Source of the DNA: Spirochaetota bacterium | Lineage (GTDB): Bacteria; Spirochaetota; UBA4802; JAFGDQ01 | Assembly (NCBI GenBank): GCA_043803405.1 | Contig: JAZDKB010000036.1 | Coordinates: 1 to 64,000, forward strand | DNA: 64,000 nucleotides | Direction of reading: 5' to 3' | In this document: one piece after another, positions 1 to 8,666 of the stretch | How positions within the stretch are numbered: the first letter of the stretch is position 1 | Layout of the letters: every line of letters starts with the position of its first letter | Program-made: the position numbers and the translations under genes | The notes under the pieces: generated by a model | Told to the model about the DNA's origin: nothing | The model's input: only the letters and a program-made list of their open reading frames with translations | Databases searched by the model: none

Positions 1-1316
1 GAGAGTGTAATATTTTTTGTGTAAACAGATATTAGATATTCACTCTATCTCCAAAATGTATAGCAAACTGATTCAATGCAAGCCCCCATTCGACAATAGG
101 CCTTGTCCATTTTCTGGATATATTTGTTATTGCCAGATACAAAACTTTGTAAATCGCGTCATCATTAGGGAATGCGGCTCTTTTCTGAGTTACCTTTCTT
201 AGACTTGAATTCAGTGACTCTATTGCATTTGTCGTGTAAATTACTTTTCGTATATATTCAGGGTAATTAAAAAACTCATTCAAGTTTTCCCAGTTCTCTT
301 TCCATGATTTGGATATTGACGGATATTTGTGATCCCATTTTTCTGCGAACTTTTCAAGTTCCTGCATCCCCTCTCTTTCACACGATGCTCCATAAATCCT
401 TTTTAAATCAGAACACAATTCCCTTCGATCTTTATAAATAACATATCTTGTCGAATTTCTTATCATATGAACAATGCATAGCTGTATGCGTGTTTTAGGG
501 AATACTGCATTTATTGCTTCCGGCAATCCTTTAAGTCCATCTATACAGGCTATCAGTATATCTTTTACACCACGGTTTGAAAGTTCAGTTACTATTCCCA
601 TCCAGAACCTGGCTCCTTCATTTTCGCTGATCCAGAGCCCTAAAACTTCTTTATCTCCCTTAATATTGATTCCTATTGCCGTATATACTGACTTATTTAG
701 TGTCCTGCCTTCGCTTCTGCCTTTAATTACTATCGCATCAAAATATATTATCGGGTACATCTTATCTAGCGCTCGATTCTGCCAACTCCTTACTGTCTCC
801 ATGACTGAATTTGTTACGTGGCTTATCAGTTCTGCTGAGACTTCAACCCCATATATTTCCAGCAAATGTCCTTGTATATCTCTGTTAGTCATCCCTCGGG
901 AATAAAGCGAGATTATCTTATCGTCAAATCCTGTAAATCGTCTCTGATGTTTCTTTATTATTGTTGGTTCAAATTCTGAGTTCCTGTCCCTGGGGACTTC
1001 TATCTCTATTTCTCCATTATCTGTTATTACGTTCTTCTTGCTTTTTCCGTTGCGGCTATTACTTTTGTTTTCTCTCTTTTGATTTTTCTCGTATCCAAGC
1101 TCATAGCTTAGTTCTGAATTTAAAGCTGTTTCCAAAACCCTTTTCTGAAATTGCTTCAAAAGTCCATTTGGGCCGCTTATCTGATTTACTGTTAAATTCT
1201 TAAAATCTATCTGCTTTAACAGTTCTTCTACTATTTCTTTTCCTTCAGCCATTTTCTTCTCCTCTGTCTTCAATTATTTATTCTATGGCTGTTTACACAA
1301 TCTTTTTTACACTCTC
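1..1316 (-). mobile_element. IS256-family insertion sequence, apparently complete
   Basis: Terminal inverted repeats GAGAGTGTAATATTTTTTGTGTAAACAG (1-28) and CTGTTTACACAATCTTTTTTACACTCTC (1289-1316) flank one transposase ORF. Confidence 0.93.
32..1252 (-). CDS. IS256-family (mutator-type DDE) transposase
   Basis: Motifs NSRNG, IEVPRDR, YPIIYFDA, ACIDGLKG, QLCIVH, YTTNAIES; ATG at 1252 follows GAGGAG (ORF track starts at TTG 1273). Confidence 0.95.
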   Translation of the reverse strand: MAEGKEIVEELLKQIDFKNLTVNQISGPNGLLKQFQKRVLETALNSELSYELGYEKNQKRENKSNSRNGKSKKNVITDNGEIEIEVPRDRNSEFEPTIIKKHQRRFTGFDDKIISLYSRGMTNRDIQGHLLEIYGVEVSAELISHVTNSVMETVRSWQNRALDKMYPIIYFDAIVIKGRSEGRTLNKSVYTAIGINIKGDKEVLGLWISENEGARFWMGIVTELSNRGVKDILIACIDGLKGLPEAINAVFPKTRIQLCIVHMIRNSTRYVIYKDRRELCSDLKRIYGASCEREGMQELEKFAEKWDHKYPSISKSWKENWENLNEFFNYPEYIRKVIYTTNAIESLNSSLRKVTQKRAAFPNDDAIYKVLYLAITNISRKWTRPIVEWGLALNQFAIHFGDRVNI

Positions 1317-1423
1317 TGGGGGGGCAGCTGAAAATCGAAAGTTCTCCCGGGAACGGAACCCGCATTACACTCATTACCCAGCCGCCGGCGGAACTGGCTT
1401 CTAAAAAGATCAGACCGGCATAG
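1317..1423 (+). pseudogene. C-terminal remnant of a sensor histidine kinase (HATPase_c) interrupted by the IS256
   Basis: Frame from 1319 reads GGQLKIESSPGNGTRITLITQPPAELASKKIRPA*, the G2-box end of HATPase_c, starting right at the IS end. Confidence 0.75.
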
Positions 1424-1426
1424 AAG

Positions 1427-1630
1427 CAGGGCTGCCTCACGCTAAAACAACGGTGTATATTATTGTATTCGACTATCATATCACGCACAAAGCCGTTGCT
1501 TTTTTGCACCCTAACCCCGTGCGAAGCCTCCCCTTGGGACTGAGGGGGCACTAGCCGGTGCCCCCTCCGGGGGTTAGGGGGCGGGAACATGCTGGTCTGC
1601 CTTCAAATATTTAGCATAGAGGCAGCCCTG
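1427..1630. repeat. MITE-like element copy 1
   Basis: Ends CAGGGCTGCCTCACGCTAAA / TTTAGCATAGAGGCAGCCCTG; internal GC hairpins; same ends at 26365-26614. Confidence 0.65.
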
Positions 1631-1898
1631 GGCATAGAGGCGACACGGAGAAATTATCTGTGAACTCACTGAAAATAATCATTATAATTACAATGAGTTA
1701 CTTTGTTCTATCATTATTTACCGGGTTCAATAGCATGACTGCCGGAATGTCCCCTGCAGCTATAAATAAACCTCTAAAAATATTACTGATCAACAGTGAA
1801 CTCTCCCGCCGATAAATCCGCAGCAGCATAAACCGCAAATAACGCCCGTTTTCCTGCTTATATCAAAGCAAATCTCTATTCAGCAGATAGGCCAATTC

Positions 1899-1995
1899 TC
1901 CCCTTGCCCCTTATCAAGGGGAAAGTGTGACAGACAGGATGTCTTAACGTCGGCTATGCGACAGGATGTCACGTTTATGGCCGACGGCTGAGGGC
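1899..1995. repeat. Palindromic repeat module (CCCCTT-AAGGGG hairpin plus two AGGAT-loop hairpins)
   Basis: CCCCTTATCAAGGGG, AGAC-AGGAT-GTCT, GTCGGC..GAC-AGGAT-GTC..GCCGAC; similar architecture at 26464-26560. Confidence 0.5.
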
Positions 1996-2190
1996 ATTTC
2001 TCCCATCATCCTGGAATAACCCAAATATCTTTAGATAAAACGCCGGAAAGGTTTCCTGCTTTTTTAAAAAAGCTGTTTAAATTTAAATTGACTTTTATTG
2101 AACTTTATATTTCTTATTATTAGATATAGAAGATTATTGATTCAACTATTGCTCATTGCATAAGCGTAAAAGCATCAAAAGCAACAACCT

Positions 2191-2688
2191 ATGATTATTT
2201 GTAAACTATTCCTGCTTTCCGCGATTTTTCTTTATATGGTAACTTCTGCTTTTTCAGCTGAAAAGTTAACAATTCAGGATTTTGTTATTTATACTGCTCT
2301 GGGAGAAAGACATATCTTTTCCGAGGTGATCAGTGAACTGCCCGATAACACCCTTCTAATAATAAATTTTACATCTATTAACTGCAAGCCATGCAGAAAG
2401 GAAATACCAGAGCTTCGCGAATTCCATACACAACATCCCAAACAGGCAAAACTTATATACATCTATGCGGAAGCAGGCAAACCGGTGCAGGAAAACGCAA
2501 AATCTCTCGGCGTGCTAAACATTGCCTATGTTGATCCGTTTGGAAAGGCGCGGGAAATATTTTTCGTAAAAAGCGTTCCTACAACAATACTAATAAATAA
2601 AAATAAAAATATAGTTGCACGTTTTGACGGATATACGGAAAAAAATATGAATGATATAAAAGCCATCCTCCTGGAGAAAAAAAAATGA
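2191..2688 (+). CDS. TlpA-like thioredoxin-fold protein
   Basis: Signal peptide, IINF..CKPCRKEIP CxxC motif, cis-Pro VPTT. Confidence 0.85.
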   Translation: MIICKLFLLSAIFLYMVTSAFSAEKLTIQDFVIYTALGERHIFSEVISELPDNTLLIINFTSINCKPCRKEIPELREFHTQHPKQAKLIYIYAEAGKPVQENAKSLGVLNIAYVDPFGKAREIFFVKSVPTTILINKNKNIVARFDGYTEKNMNDIKAILLEKKK

Positions 2689-2858
2689 AAACAAATAAAC
2701 GTATTATAAGTTATCCTTCAATGATTTTCATTATCATCAGCTGCTTATTCTTTTTTAATGGTTACGCAATATCCCAGAAACACGGCGAAAAGACGGATAC
2801 TAAAACAAAGAAAAAAATATACATCTCAACTATAAAAGCTGCCGGCATATTTTTTTGA
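2685..2858 (+). pseudogene. Probably truncated exported-protein gene (57 aa)
   Basis: ATGA-coupled to tlpA; signal-peptide-like MKTNKRIISYPSMIFIIISCLFFFNGYA, then ends abruptly in a T-run. Confidence 0.4.
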
Positions 2859-3149
2859 GAGGTTGTTTCCACCGGGACCTATCCATAAACCAGACAGGTT
2901 TCCGAGAATTGTTTTACCGCCTATTTTCAAATTTGTCTCCTTCTGAGAAACGAGTTCTTTGCAAAACAGGATAACAATAATTATGATTTTGGATTTTTCA
3001 TCTTAGCTTTCCTGTATTCATGTTGCAATGCACAGGCGCTTTGTCTTGACCCCAAGACTTGAGATATTGCTTTAATGTAACAGACTGATAAGAAAGCGGC
3101 GTATGACAGAGGAATTCCCGGCAGCGGATTTTTTAAGGGAAAGTGAATA

Positions 3150-3184
3150 AAACCATAACCGGCAGTTAATCCCGGTTATGGTTT
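3150..3184 (-). terminator. Intrinsic terminator after the ytxH-like gene
   Basis: Perfect 13-bp stem AAACCATAACCGG / CCGGTTATGGTTT. Confidence 0.75.
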
Positions 3185-3193
3185 CGGCTGAAC

Positions 3194-3436
3194 TTATGCT
3201 TCACTCTTTTTTTCACCGAATTTATCTTTCGCTTTATCAGCGAAAGATTTTGCTGCCTCGCTTATTTTTTCAAAGCCCTCTTTTACATCTTCTTCCACTT
3301 TCTTGGATAAGTCTTTAATTTTATGGCGGGTCTCATTCCCTGACTGTGGTGCAAAAAGCAACCCTAATACCGCACCGACTGCAGCTCCAATAAGAAAGCC
3401 TGCGAATATCTTCATCCCATCATTATCATTAGACAT
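3194..3436 (-). CDS. YtxH-domain general stress protein
   Basis: GFLIGAAVGAVLGLLFAPQSGNETR signature. Confidence 0.9.
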   Translation of the reverse strand: MSNDNDGMKIFAGFLIGAAVGAVLGLLFAPQSGNETRHKIKDLSKKVEEDVKEGFEKISEAAKSFADKAKDKFGEKKSEA

Positions 3437-3806
3437 TTTTGTTTCCTCCTTTCATATCTTTTATCTGTTGCCAGCCCTGCTTTATTGCCGGTAATAAACT
3501 TATAATACCTGCCACTTTTGTGAATACATTTGTGCTTACAAAAGAAGCAATATCTCCTGCTATTTTAACCGCCTTTTTTGACGATTCAATGACGTTGTCT
3601 ACCTGATCCAGTTTATCTTCAACGCGCACGCTGATATTTTTAATCTCTTTCGCAAGGTCCGTTATTTCCACGGACATTTTTTCCGCCTGGACACATAGCA
3701 CCTTCATACGACTTAGAGCCGATACAACGGCAATCACCAGTACGATGAATCCGGCCGAGAATATCAGAACTCCGGTTATTATTACAATTTGAATTGTTAA
3801 AGTCAT
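3429..3806 (-). CDS. DUF948/YtxG-like membrane coiled-coil protein
   Basis: N-terminal TM then coiled coil; overlaps the ytxH start as in ytxG-ytxH pairs. Confidence 0.7.
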   Translation of the reverse strand: MTLTIQIVIITGVLIFSAGFIVLVIAVVSALSRMKVLCVQAEKMSVEITDLAKEIKNISVRVEDKLDQVDNVIESSKKAVKIAGDIASFVSTNVFTKVAGIISLLPAIKQGWQQIKDMKGGNKNV

Positions 3807-3897
3807 ATTATTTAACTATTCCTTAATAAAATTAATTATTGCAAAAGTCATACTCTGTGTTGTTCATTATTTCTATATTCTGCAACATATAAACGAT

Positions 3898-3960
3898 AAT
3901 GTAAATTCATGATATCTGTGAGTTTTTACTAATACATATTGTTATAAAAAATTTTAAATA
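3898..3960 (-). promoter_or_regulatory. Island promoter motif copy A (-35 TTTACA plus upstream conserved block)
   Basis: 58/63 identical to 9647-9709; upstream of the DUF948-ytxH pair. Confidence 0.75.
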
Positions 3961-4003
3961 AATAAAAAAATTCTTCTGACTTTTTTCAGTTCTTTGTTCT
4001 GGT

Positions 4004-5071
4004 TTACTTTTTTGAATGCGCCGCCTGTGGAACGCTTTCAGCAGGCACTTTAGGGCCCAGTAACACCGCGATCCATTGCGTGCTTTTATTGTTTTCGCAC
4101 GCGAATTTCAGCGTCATGGTTAACGGTATGCAGAGAACCACACCGATCAGGCCAAGCAGGCTTCCCCAAAAGATCAACGAAAGGAATACTATCAGCGTGG
4201 ACAAACCAAGCCTCCACCCCATGAGTCTGGGTTCCACTACATTGCCAAATATGAAATTAACAGCCAGATATCCGGCAGCACTGAGCAATGCATAACCAGG
4301 CCCGAGTTGGACAAGTGAAAGTAAAACCGCTGGAATTGCGGCTATAATAGAGCCGACATTGGGTACATAGTGCATCAGAAAGGCTATAAAACCCCAGAGA
4401 ACAGGAAAATCTACACCAAGAATGTATAGCCATAGCCCAATCAGAATACCTGCAGTCATGCTGATACCTGTCTTGATTATCATATAGCGTTTAATATCAT
4501 CAACGAACTTTGTGTATTGGGCAAAAGATTGCAGTGGATCGCCGATGATGGCCCGAAGCTTAATTGGAAAACTCGATGCTTCTAGCAGAATAAACGTTAC
4601 AGTGAGCAGGATCAAAATAATATTGGAAAGCGCTGTGCCTAAACCACCGAGCATTCCAACAGCCAGCCTCATTAACGCCTCAGGATTGATATACTCGAGC
4701 AACATTTTTTCCGTGATCCGCATGCCTTTTTTTACAAGCAACACATTGAGTGCTGTGACTTGTTCACGTATGCGTTGTTGATACGAAGGCATGGCATCTG
4801 TAAAACTGTTGAGGGATGCTCCTACAAAACCGCCGACTATCATGAGAATGATGACCATGACTGTCACTACGATCAATACCGCAACAACGGAAGGAATGTG
4901 TTTCCGCTCGAGCCATAGTACCGGCGGAGTCCCGAGCATAGCCAGGAAAACGGCTACAAGAAAGGACACCAGTACCGATTGCGCCTGGTTAATGCCACCT
5001 ATAATAATCACGAGAGCTGCCGCGATGACAAGGAAGCGGATTCCCCGCTGAGAATTATTCTGTTCAGTCAT
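4004..5071 (-). CDS. AI-2E family transporter
   Basis: Multi-TM, YVPNVGSIIA, GNVVEPRLMG..LGLS, FWGSLLG..G..L.IPLT motifs. Confidence 0.9.
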   Translation of the reverse strand: MTEQNNSQRGIRFLVIAAALVIIIGGINQAQSVLVSFLVAVFLAMLGTPPVLWLERKHIPSVVAVLIVVTVMVIILMIVGGFVGASLNSFTDAMPSYQQRIREQVTALNVLLVKKGMRITEKMLLEYINPEALMRLAVGMLGGLGTALSNIILILLTVTFILLEASSFPIKLRAIIGDPLQSFAQYTKFVDDIKRYMIIKTGISMTAGILIGLWLYILGVDFPVLWGFIAFLMHYVPNVGSIIAAIPAVLLSLVQLGPGYALLSAAGYLAVNFIFGNVVEPRLMGWRLGLSTLIVFLSLIFWGSLLGLIGVVLCIPLTMTLKFACENNKSTQWIAVLLGPKVPAESVPQAAHSKK

Positions 5072-5151
5072 GGATAAACATCTCCCCTATCATCATAGTG
5101 TTCTTATTTTCATTCCGCCCACTTTCTTATTGCAAATTTGATTAATGATCT

Positions 5152-5298
5152 CTATAATCTCCTTCCCTGAATGACCCGTATCAGTACAACGATAATAGCA
5201 ACTACAATCAAAATATGTACGAATCCTCCAATAGTATAACCGCTAATTAACCCTAACAGCCAGAGTATCAATAATATTACAGCAATTGTCCATAGCAT
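5152..5298 (-). CDS. lmo0937-family small membrane protein (48 aa)
   Basis: MLWTIAVILLILWLLGLISGYTIGGFVHILIVVAII..GRR; AAGGAGG RBS. Confidence 0.85.
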   Translation of the reverse strand: MLWTIAVILLILWLLGLISGYTIGGFVHILIVVAIIVVLIRVIQGRRL

Positions 5299-5460
5299 AA
5301 CATCCTCCTTAATTTCAAATCTGCCTTCGCGTTTCAGCATTAAGCGACAACAAATCTGCGATCTTTTTGATCCTGGATCCGAATTGCTCAATGATAATCC
5401 GGTTCCTGAAATTTCCTGTTTGTTTTATTAAAAGCAGATTTTCAATCGAATCTTGCAGAA

Positions 5461-5530
5461 ATTATAATGAGTATTTAACATATTGTAAATTGTTGGAATC
5501 TATCATTTTGGTGTAACATAATCTGTTATA
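5461..5530 (-). promoter_or_regulatory. sigma70 promoter TTTACA-17-TATAAT; weak copy of the island motif
   Basis: -35 at 5484-5489, -10 at 5461-5466; TGTTATA at the same +40 offset as copies A/B. Confidence 0.6.
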
Positions 5531-5656
5531 TAAATTATACAAAAATAATCAGTGGAACCCGGCGCCTGCAAACCGATCGTATTTACCTAATCTTTCTATT
5601 AACTTATATGAGCAGGCCTTATGATTAAGAGAAAGTGTTTTCTACAGAGAAGCCGA

Positions 5657-6181
5657 TCAATCCAAATGCTTTGTAATCAACAGGGTTGACGGATCGTCAG
5701 GAATATTATTTTCGGCAAAACCCATTTGTTTGCTGAACTTGAGCATGGCCTGGTTGCTCTTAAGTACGAAGCCAGAGATTTGCTTTACCCCGCTTACCTT
5801 AAGATGATTAATCAATGCATTTATCAGTCTTGCTCCAATGCCACGCTTTTGCCATGCGTCTGTGACAACTATCGCAAACTCGCAGTCCGCCCGATCCGGA
5901 TCGATTACGTATCGAGCCACTCCGATTTCTTCTTCACCTGATTTTCCACTGTGCAGAACAATCAGGGCAATCGCATTTTTTGAATCCGGTTCCGTAAACT
6001 TTATTAAGTCATTCTTGCTGAGATCTTTGAGCGTACCATGAAAGCGGAGGTAGCTGGACTGAGCTGAAAGTCCATGAACAAATGCCTGTTCTCTATCTGC
6101 ATCGGCAGGTACGATATGCCGTAACGTTAACTTCGTGCCATCCGCAAGTGTCCAAATTCCTTCATTATCATTTTGACTCAT
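5657..6181 (-). CDS. GNAT acetyltransferase (resembles the GNAT domain of Pat/YfiQ)
   Basis: LSAQSSYLRF, IGVARY, EFAIVVTDAWQKRGIG motifs. Confidence 0.85.
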   Translation of the reverse strand: MSQNDNEGIWTLADGTKLTLRHIVPADADREQAFVHGLSAQSSYLRFHGTLKDLSKNDLIKFTEPDSKNAIALIVLHSGKSGEEEIGVARYVIDPDRADCEFAIVVTDAWQKRGIGARLINALINHLKVSGVKQISGFVLKSNQAMLKFSKQMGFAENNIPDDPSTLLITKHLD

Positions 6182-6267
6182 GATACAACCTCACGATCAA
6201 TAATTAAAATAAATGCGTATAAAATGTTTCTCTCCCACCAGATATAGCAATAAATCCATCAAATATA

Positions 6268-6445
6268 TTATTTTTTTGCATAGATATCGTTTTGCCATAT
6301 ACCTCTGTCAACATTACCATCAAAATAATAATAATATTTCCCTTCTCCGTGTTTCAGCCCGTTTTTCCATTTGCCTATGTACTTATCACCATTAGCGTAA
6401 AACATCGCACCACTCGCCTGGTATATACATTACCGGTTGAATATC
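6268..6445 (-). pseudogene. MORN-repeat gene remnant
   Basis: MFYANGDKYIGKWKNGLKHGEGKYYY..DG..RGIWQND*, with an upstream YSTGNVYT piece in another frame. Confidence 0.6.
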
Positions 6446-6506
6446 TCTTAGATTTGATTTTAAGAGACAAATTCATCTCCCTGATGTTTTAGTGACAGAA
6501 CTTCAA

Positions 6507-6722
6507 TCAACTTTGCTTTCTTCCCGCAACCAGCAACACTATACCGCTCACAAGCGCAATCCCTCCCACGATCGGAGACAGCGTTTTCGTCTTCCCGGTA
6601 ATCAACTGGATAGTACCGATATCTATGAACTTTTCCCTGGTCGCGTAAGTGATACCCTGACACACTAACGAGGCGATTCCGATAACGATAAGTATGATGC
6701 CTATCAACATGCGTGTTTTCAT
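6507..6722 (-). CDS. Small two-TM membrane protein (DUF3185-like)
   Basis: IGIILIVIGI..QGITY..REK.ID.G....K..SPIVGGIALVSG. Confidence 0.7.
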   Translation of the reverse strand: MKTRMLIGIILIVIGIASLVCQGITYATREKFIDIGTIQLITGKTKTLSPIVGGIALVSGIVLLVAGRKQS

Positions 6723-6753
6723 TCAGATACTCTTTCTATATTCTTTAGAATTT

Positions 6754-6954
6754 TTAGATTCCTATGCTCCCAATACGAATCGCTAAGAAATTTCCAACGA
6801 ATCCGAAGACATTTAACAGCCATATAATCAATACAACAACTACTGCTACATTCAAAATTTTCTTTATGGTGGATTGCATCGGTATGTATCTATTGATCAC
6901 CCATAGGATCATTCCAACAATAACTAAAACAAATAATAATTGGATCAATGGCAT
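6754..6954 (-). CDS. Thivi_2564-like small membrane protein
   Basis: LVIVGMILWVINRYIPMQSTIKKILN.VVV..IWLL..FG pattern; AGGAG RBS. Confidence 0.75.
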   Translation of the reverse strand: MPLIQLLFVLVIVGMILWVINRYIPMQSTIKKILNVAVVVVLIIWLLNVFGFVGNFLAIRIGSIGI

Positions 6955-6981
6955 AGTATTTCTCCTTTCATGTTTTTCTAT

Positions 6982-7296
6982 CTACTTTTTCTCTTCAATC
7001 TTTAAGAGGCTCTTTACAGATTTTACACCTCTAATTATTTTTATTTTTTCTACAATCCGTTCCTCAGTTACTCTGCTATTCACAAAACCCTGGAGAACAA
7101 CATCTCCTTTTGTCGTCGTAACATCGATCTTCAAATATTTGGCATCCGGGTCTTTAACGATTATTCCATTAACCTGTGTTGTGGTAGTGGAGTCGTCTAT
7201 ATATTCACCCGCTGTCTCGCCTCTCATTAAGCTGCAGCCCGAAACCATAGTTACTCCAAAAATTATTAATACTGACATTAAAATAATCTTTATCAT
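6982..7296 (-). CDS. Single-BON-domain lipoprotein (OsmY-like)
   Basis: Lipobox VSGC, GEYIDDS, IDVTT.KG.V.LQGFV, GVKSV; ATG 7296 after AAAGGAG. Confidence 0.85.
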   Translation of the reverse strand: MIKIILMSVLIIFGVTMVSGCSLMRGETAGEYIDDSTTTTQVNGIIVKDPDAKYLKIDVTTTKGDVVLQGFVNSRVTEERIVEKIKIIRGVKSVKSLLKIEEKK

Positions 7297-7460
7297 TTCT
7301 TTTCTCCTTTCTTTAGATTTCCAACCATCTGATTGCGCTGTTAATAAATATAACAACCATAATGGAATCGCTTCAGTTTATTTCACCGATATAATTTCTA
7401 AAAGAACCCGCATCTTTGCTTTCGCTTTCTTTAAATTAATGCCGTCATAGGACAATTTAA

Positions 7461-8219
7461 TTACCCAACGATCATCTTGTTATTTACGCTCTTTACACCG
7501 TTTATGTCATTGACAATTTTAGTCACCATGTCCTTTTCGGCTGCATTCCTTGCCTTGCCGCCCACTGTGACAATCCCGCGCTTCGTCGAGACCGTGGTAT
7601 TAAGGACGCTGGTAGAACGATGGAGCAGCAGCGCTATTTTAATCTGGGCTGTAATGGAAGCATCATCGATCTTTTCACCCGTTGTTCGGATTGTCTTTTC
7701 CGGGGTTTTAGATACGGTCATCTCATTTATAACATCTTTAACACCTTCTACATCCCGAGTGTATTCGGCCGTTAGCTCCTTCTGCGCCAGGTTTGCTGTA
7801 TAGCCCCGAAGGTATACGACGCCGTCTTTGACGTCAACCTCGGTCTTGTCGGCGCTTATGCTACGATGCAATAAGAGCATGACTTTCACCCTGTCCCTGA
7901 GCCATGCATCCGAGTTTCTAGTCGGAAGCGCGTCTTTAACTTCCAGCCTGTTGTCTACGCTTTTAATCCCGGCCAGGCCATCCATGGTCTCCTGTGCCAA
8001 TAATTTGTGATATTCTCCGGAGACGATCCCCGTCAAGGTGACGGCGCCATTCCTGGACTGGATCTTAATATCATCGTCCTTGAGGTATGTCTTGAATACA
8101 AACGAGTTTTTGATGGATAATTCTATGCGCTCATCCATATTCAATGCGAGCACAGGCATGCTGAACAACAGCACAGCCACCACTGCCAATATCAAAAAAA
8201 TAGAATATTTTGTTTTCAT
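7461..8219 (-). CDS. Triple-BON-domain periplasmic protein (OsmY-like)
   Basis: Signal peptide; three BON repeats (GAVTLTG..GIKSVDN, GVVYLRG..GVKDVIN, GIVTVGG..GVKSVNN). Confidence 0.88.
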   Translation of the reverse strand: MKTKYSIFLILAVVAVLLFSMPVLALNMDERIELSIKNSFVFKTYLKDDDIKIQSRNGAVTLTGIVSGEYHKLLAQETMDGLAGIKSVDNRLEVKDALPTRNSDAWLRDRVKVMLLLHRSISADKTEVDVKDGVVYLRGYTANLAQKELTAEYTRDVEGVKDVINEMTVSKTPEKTIRTTGEKIDDASITAQIKIALLLHRSTSVLNTTVSTKRGIVTVGGKARNAAEKDMVTKIVNDINGVKSVNNKMIVG

Positions 8220-8354
8220 ATTTGGTTTCCCTCTTTTTGATTATTATTTTTTGAACTTTTTATTGCTAAGGTCTCATATCTTTTAAATTAATTTTCATCA
8301 TATTTCATGCAACTGGAGCTGGCTACCCAACATGCAAGAAACTCCGCTCTCTTA

Positions 8355-8534
8355 CTACTTCCCCAGGACCTTCTTGACCTGACCGATCTTTTCCTGCACT
8401 TTGCCGGCTATATTTTCGTCTTTTCCTTTGGCTTCCAGCTTGGAATTCATACCGAGCTTACCGGTGATCTCCTTGAATTTACCCCTTACTTTGTGAAACT
8501 TGCCTTCTGCCTGATCTTGTGTTCCGGATTTCAT
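8355..8534 (-). CDS. csbD: CsbD-family general stress protein (59 aa; absent from the ORF track)
   Basis: MKSGTQDQAEGKFHKVRGKFKEITGKLGMNSKLEAKGKDENIAGKVQEKIGQVKKVLGK*; AAAGGAG RBS. Confidence 0.88.
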   Translation of the reverse strand: MKSGTQDQAEGKFHKVRGKFKEITGKLGMNSKLEAKGKDENIAGKVQEKIGQVKKVLGK

Positions 8535-8666
8535 TGTATTTCTCCTTTTATTAGTTTAATTTTTATTACCTGATTTCGTAAATACTTATTGAGGTTATTT
8601 ATGTATTTCTGAAACACAGAAATATCCTTCATATGCCAAAATAGCACGACATGCCGTACGACTTAT

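Noticed and set aside
1270..1590. 106-aa minus-strand ORF
   Set aside because: Spans the IS end, the kinase remnant and a palindromic repeat; spurious
8307..8573. Plus-strand 88-aa ORF
   Set aside because: Antisense shadow of csbD
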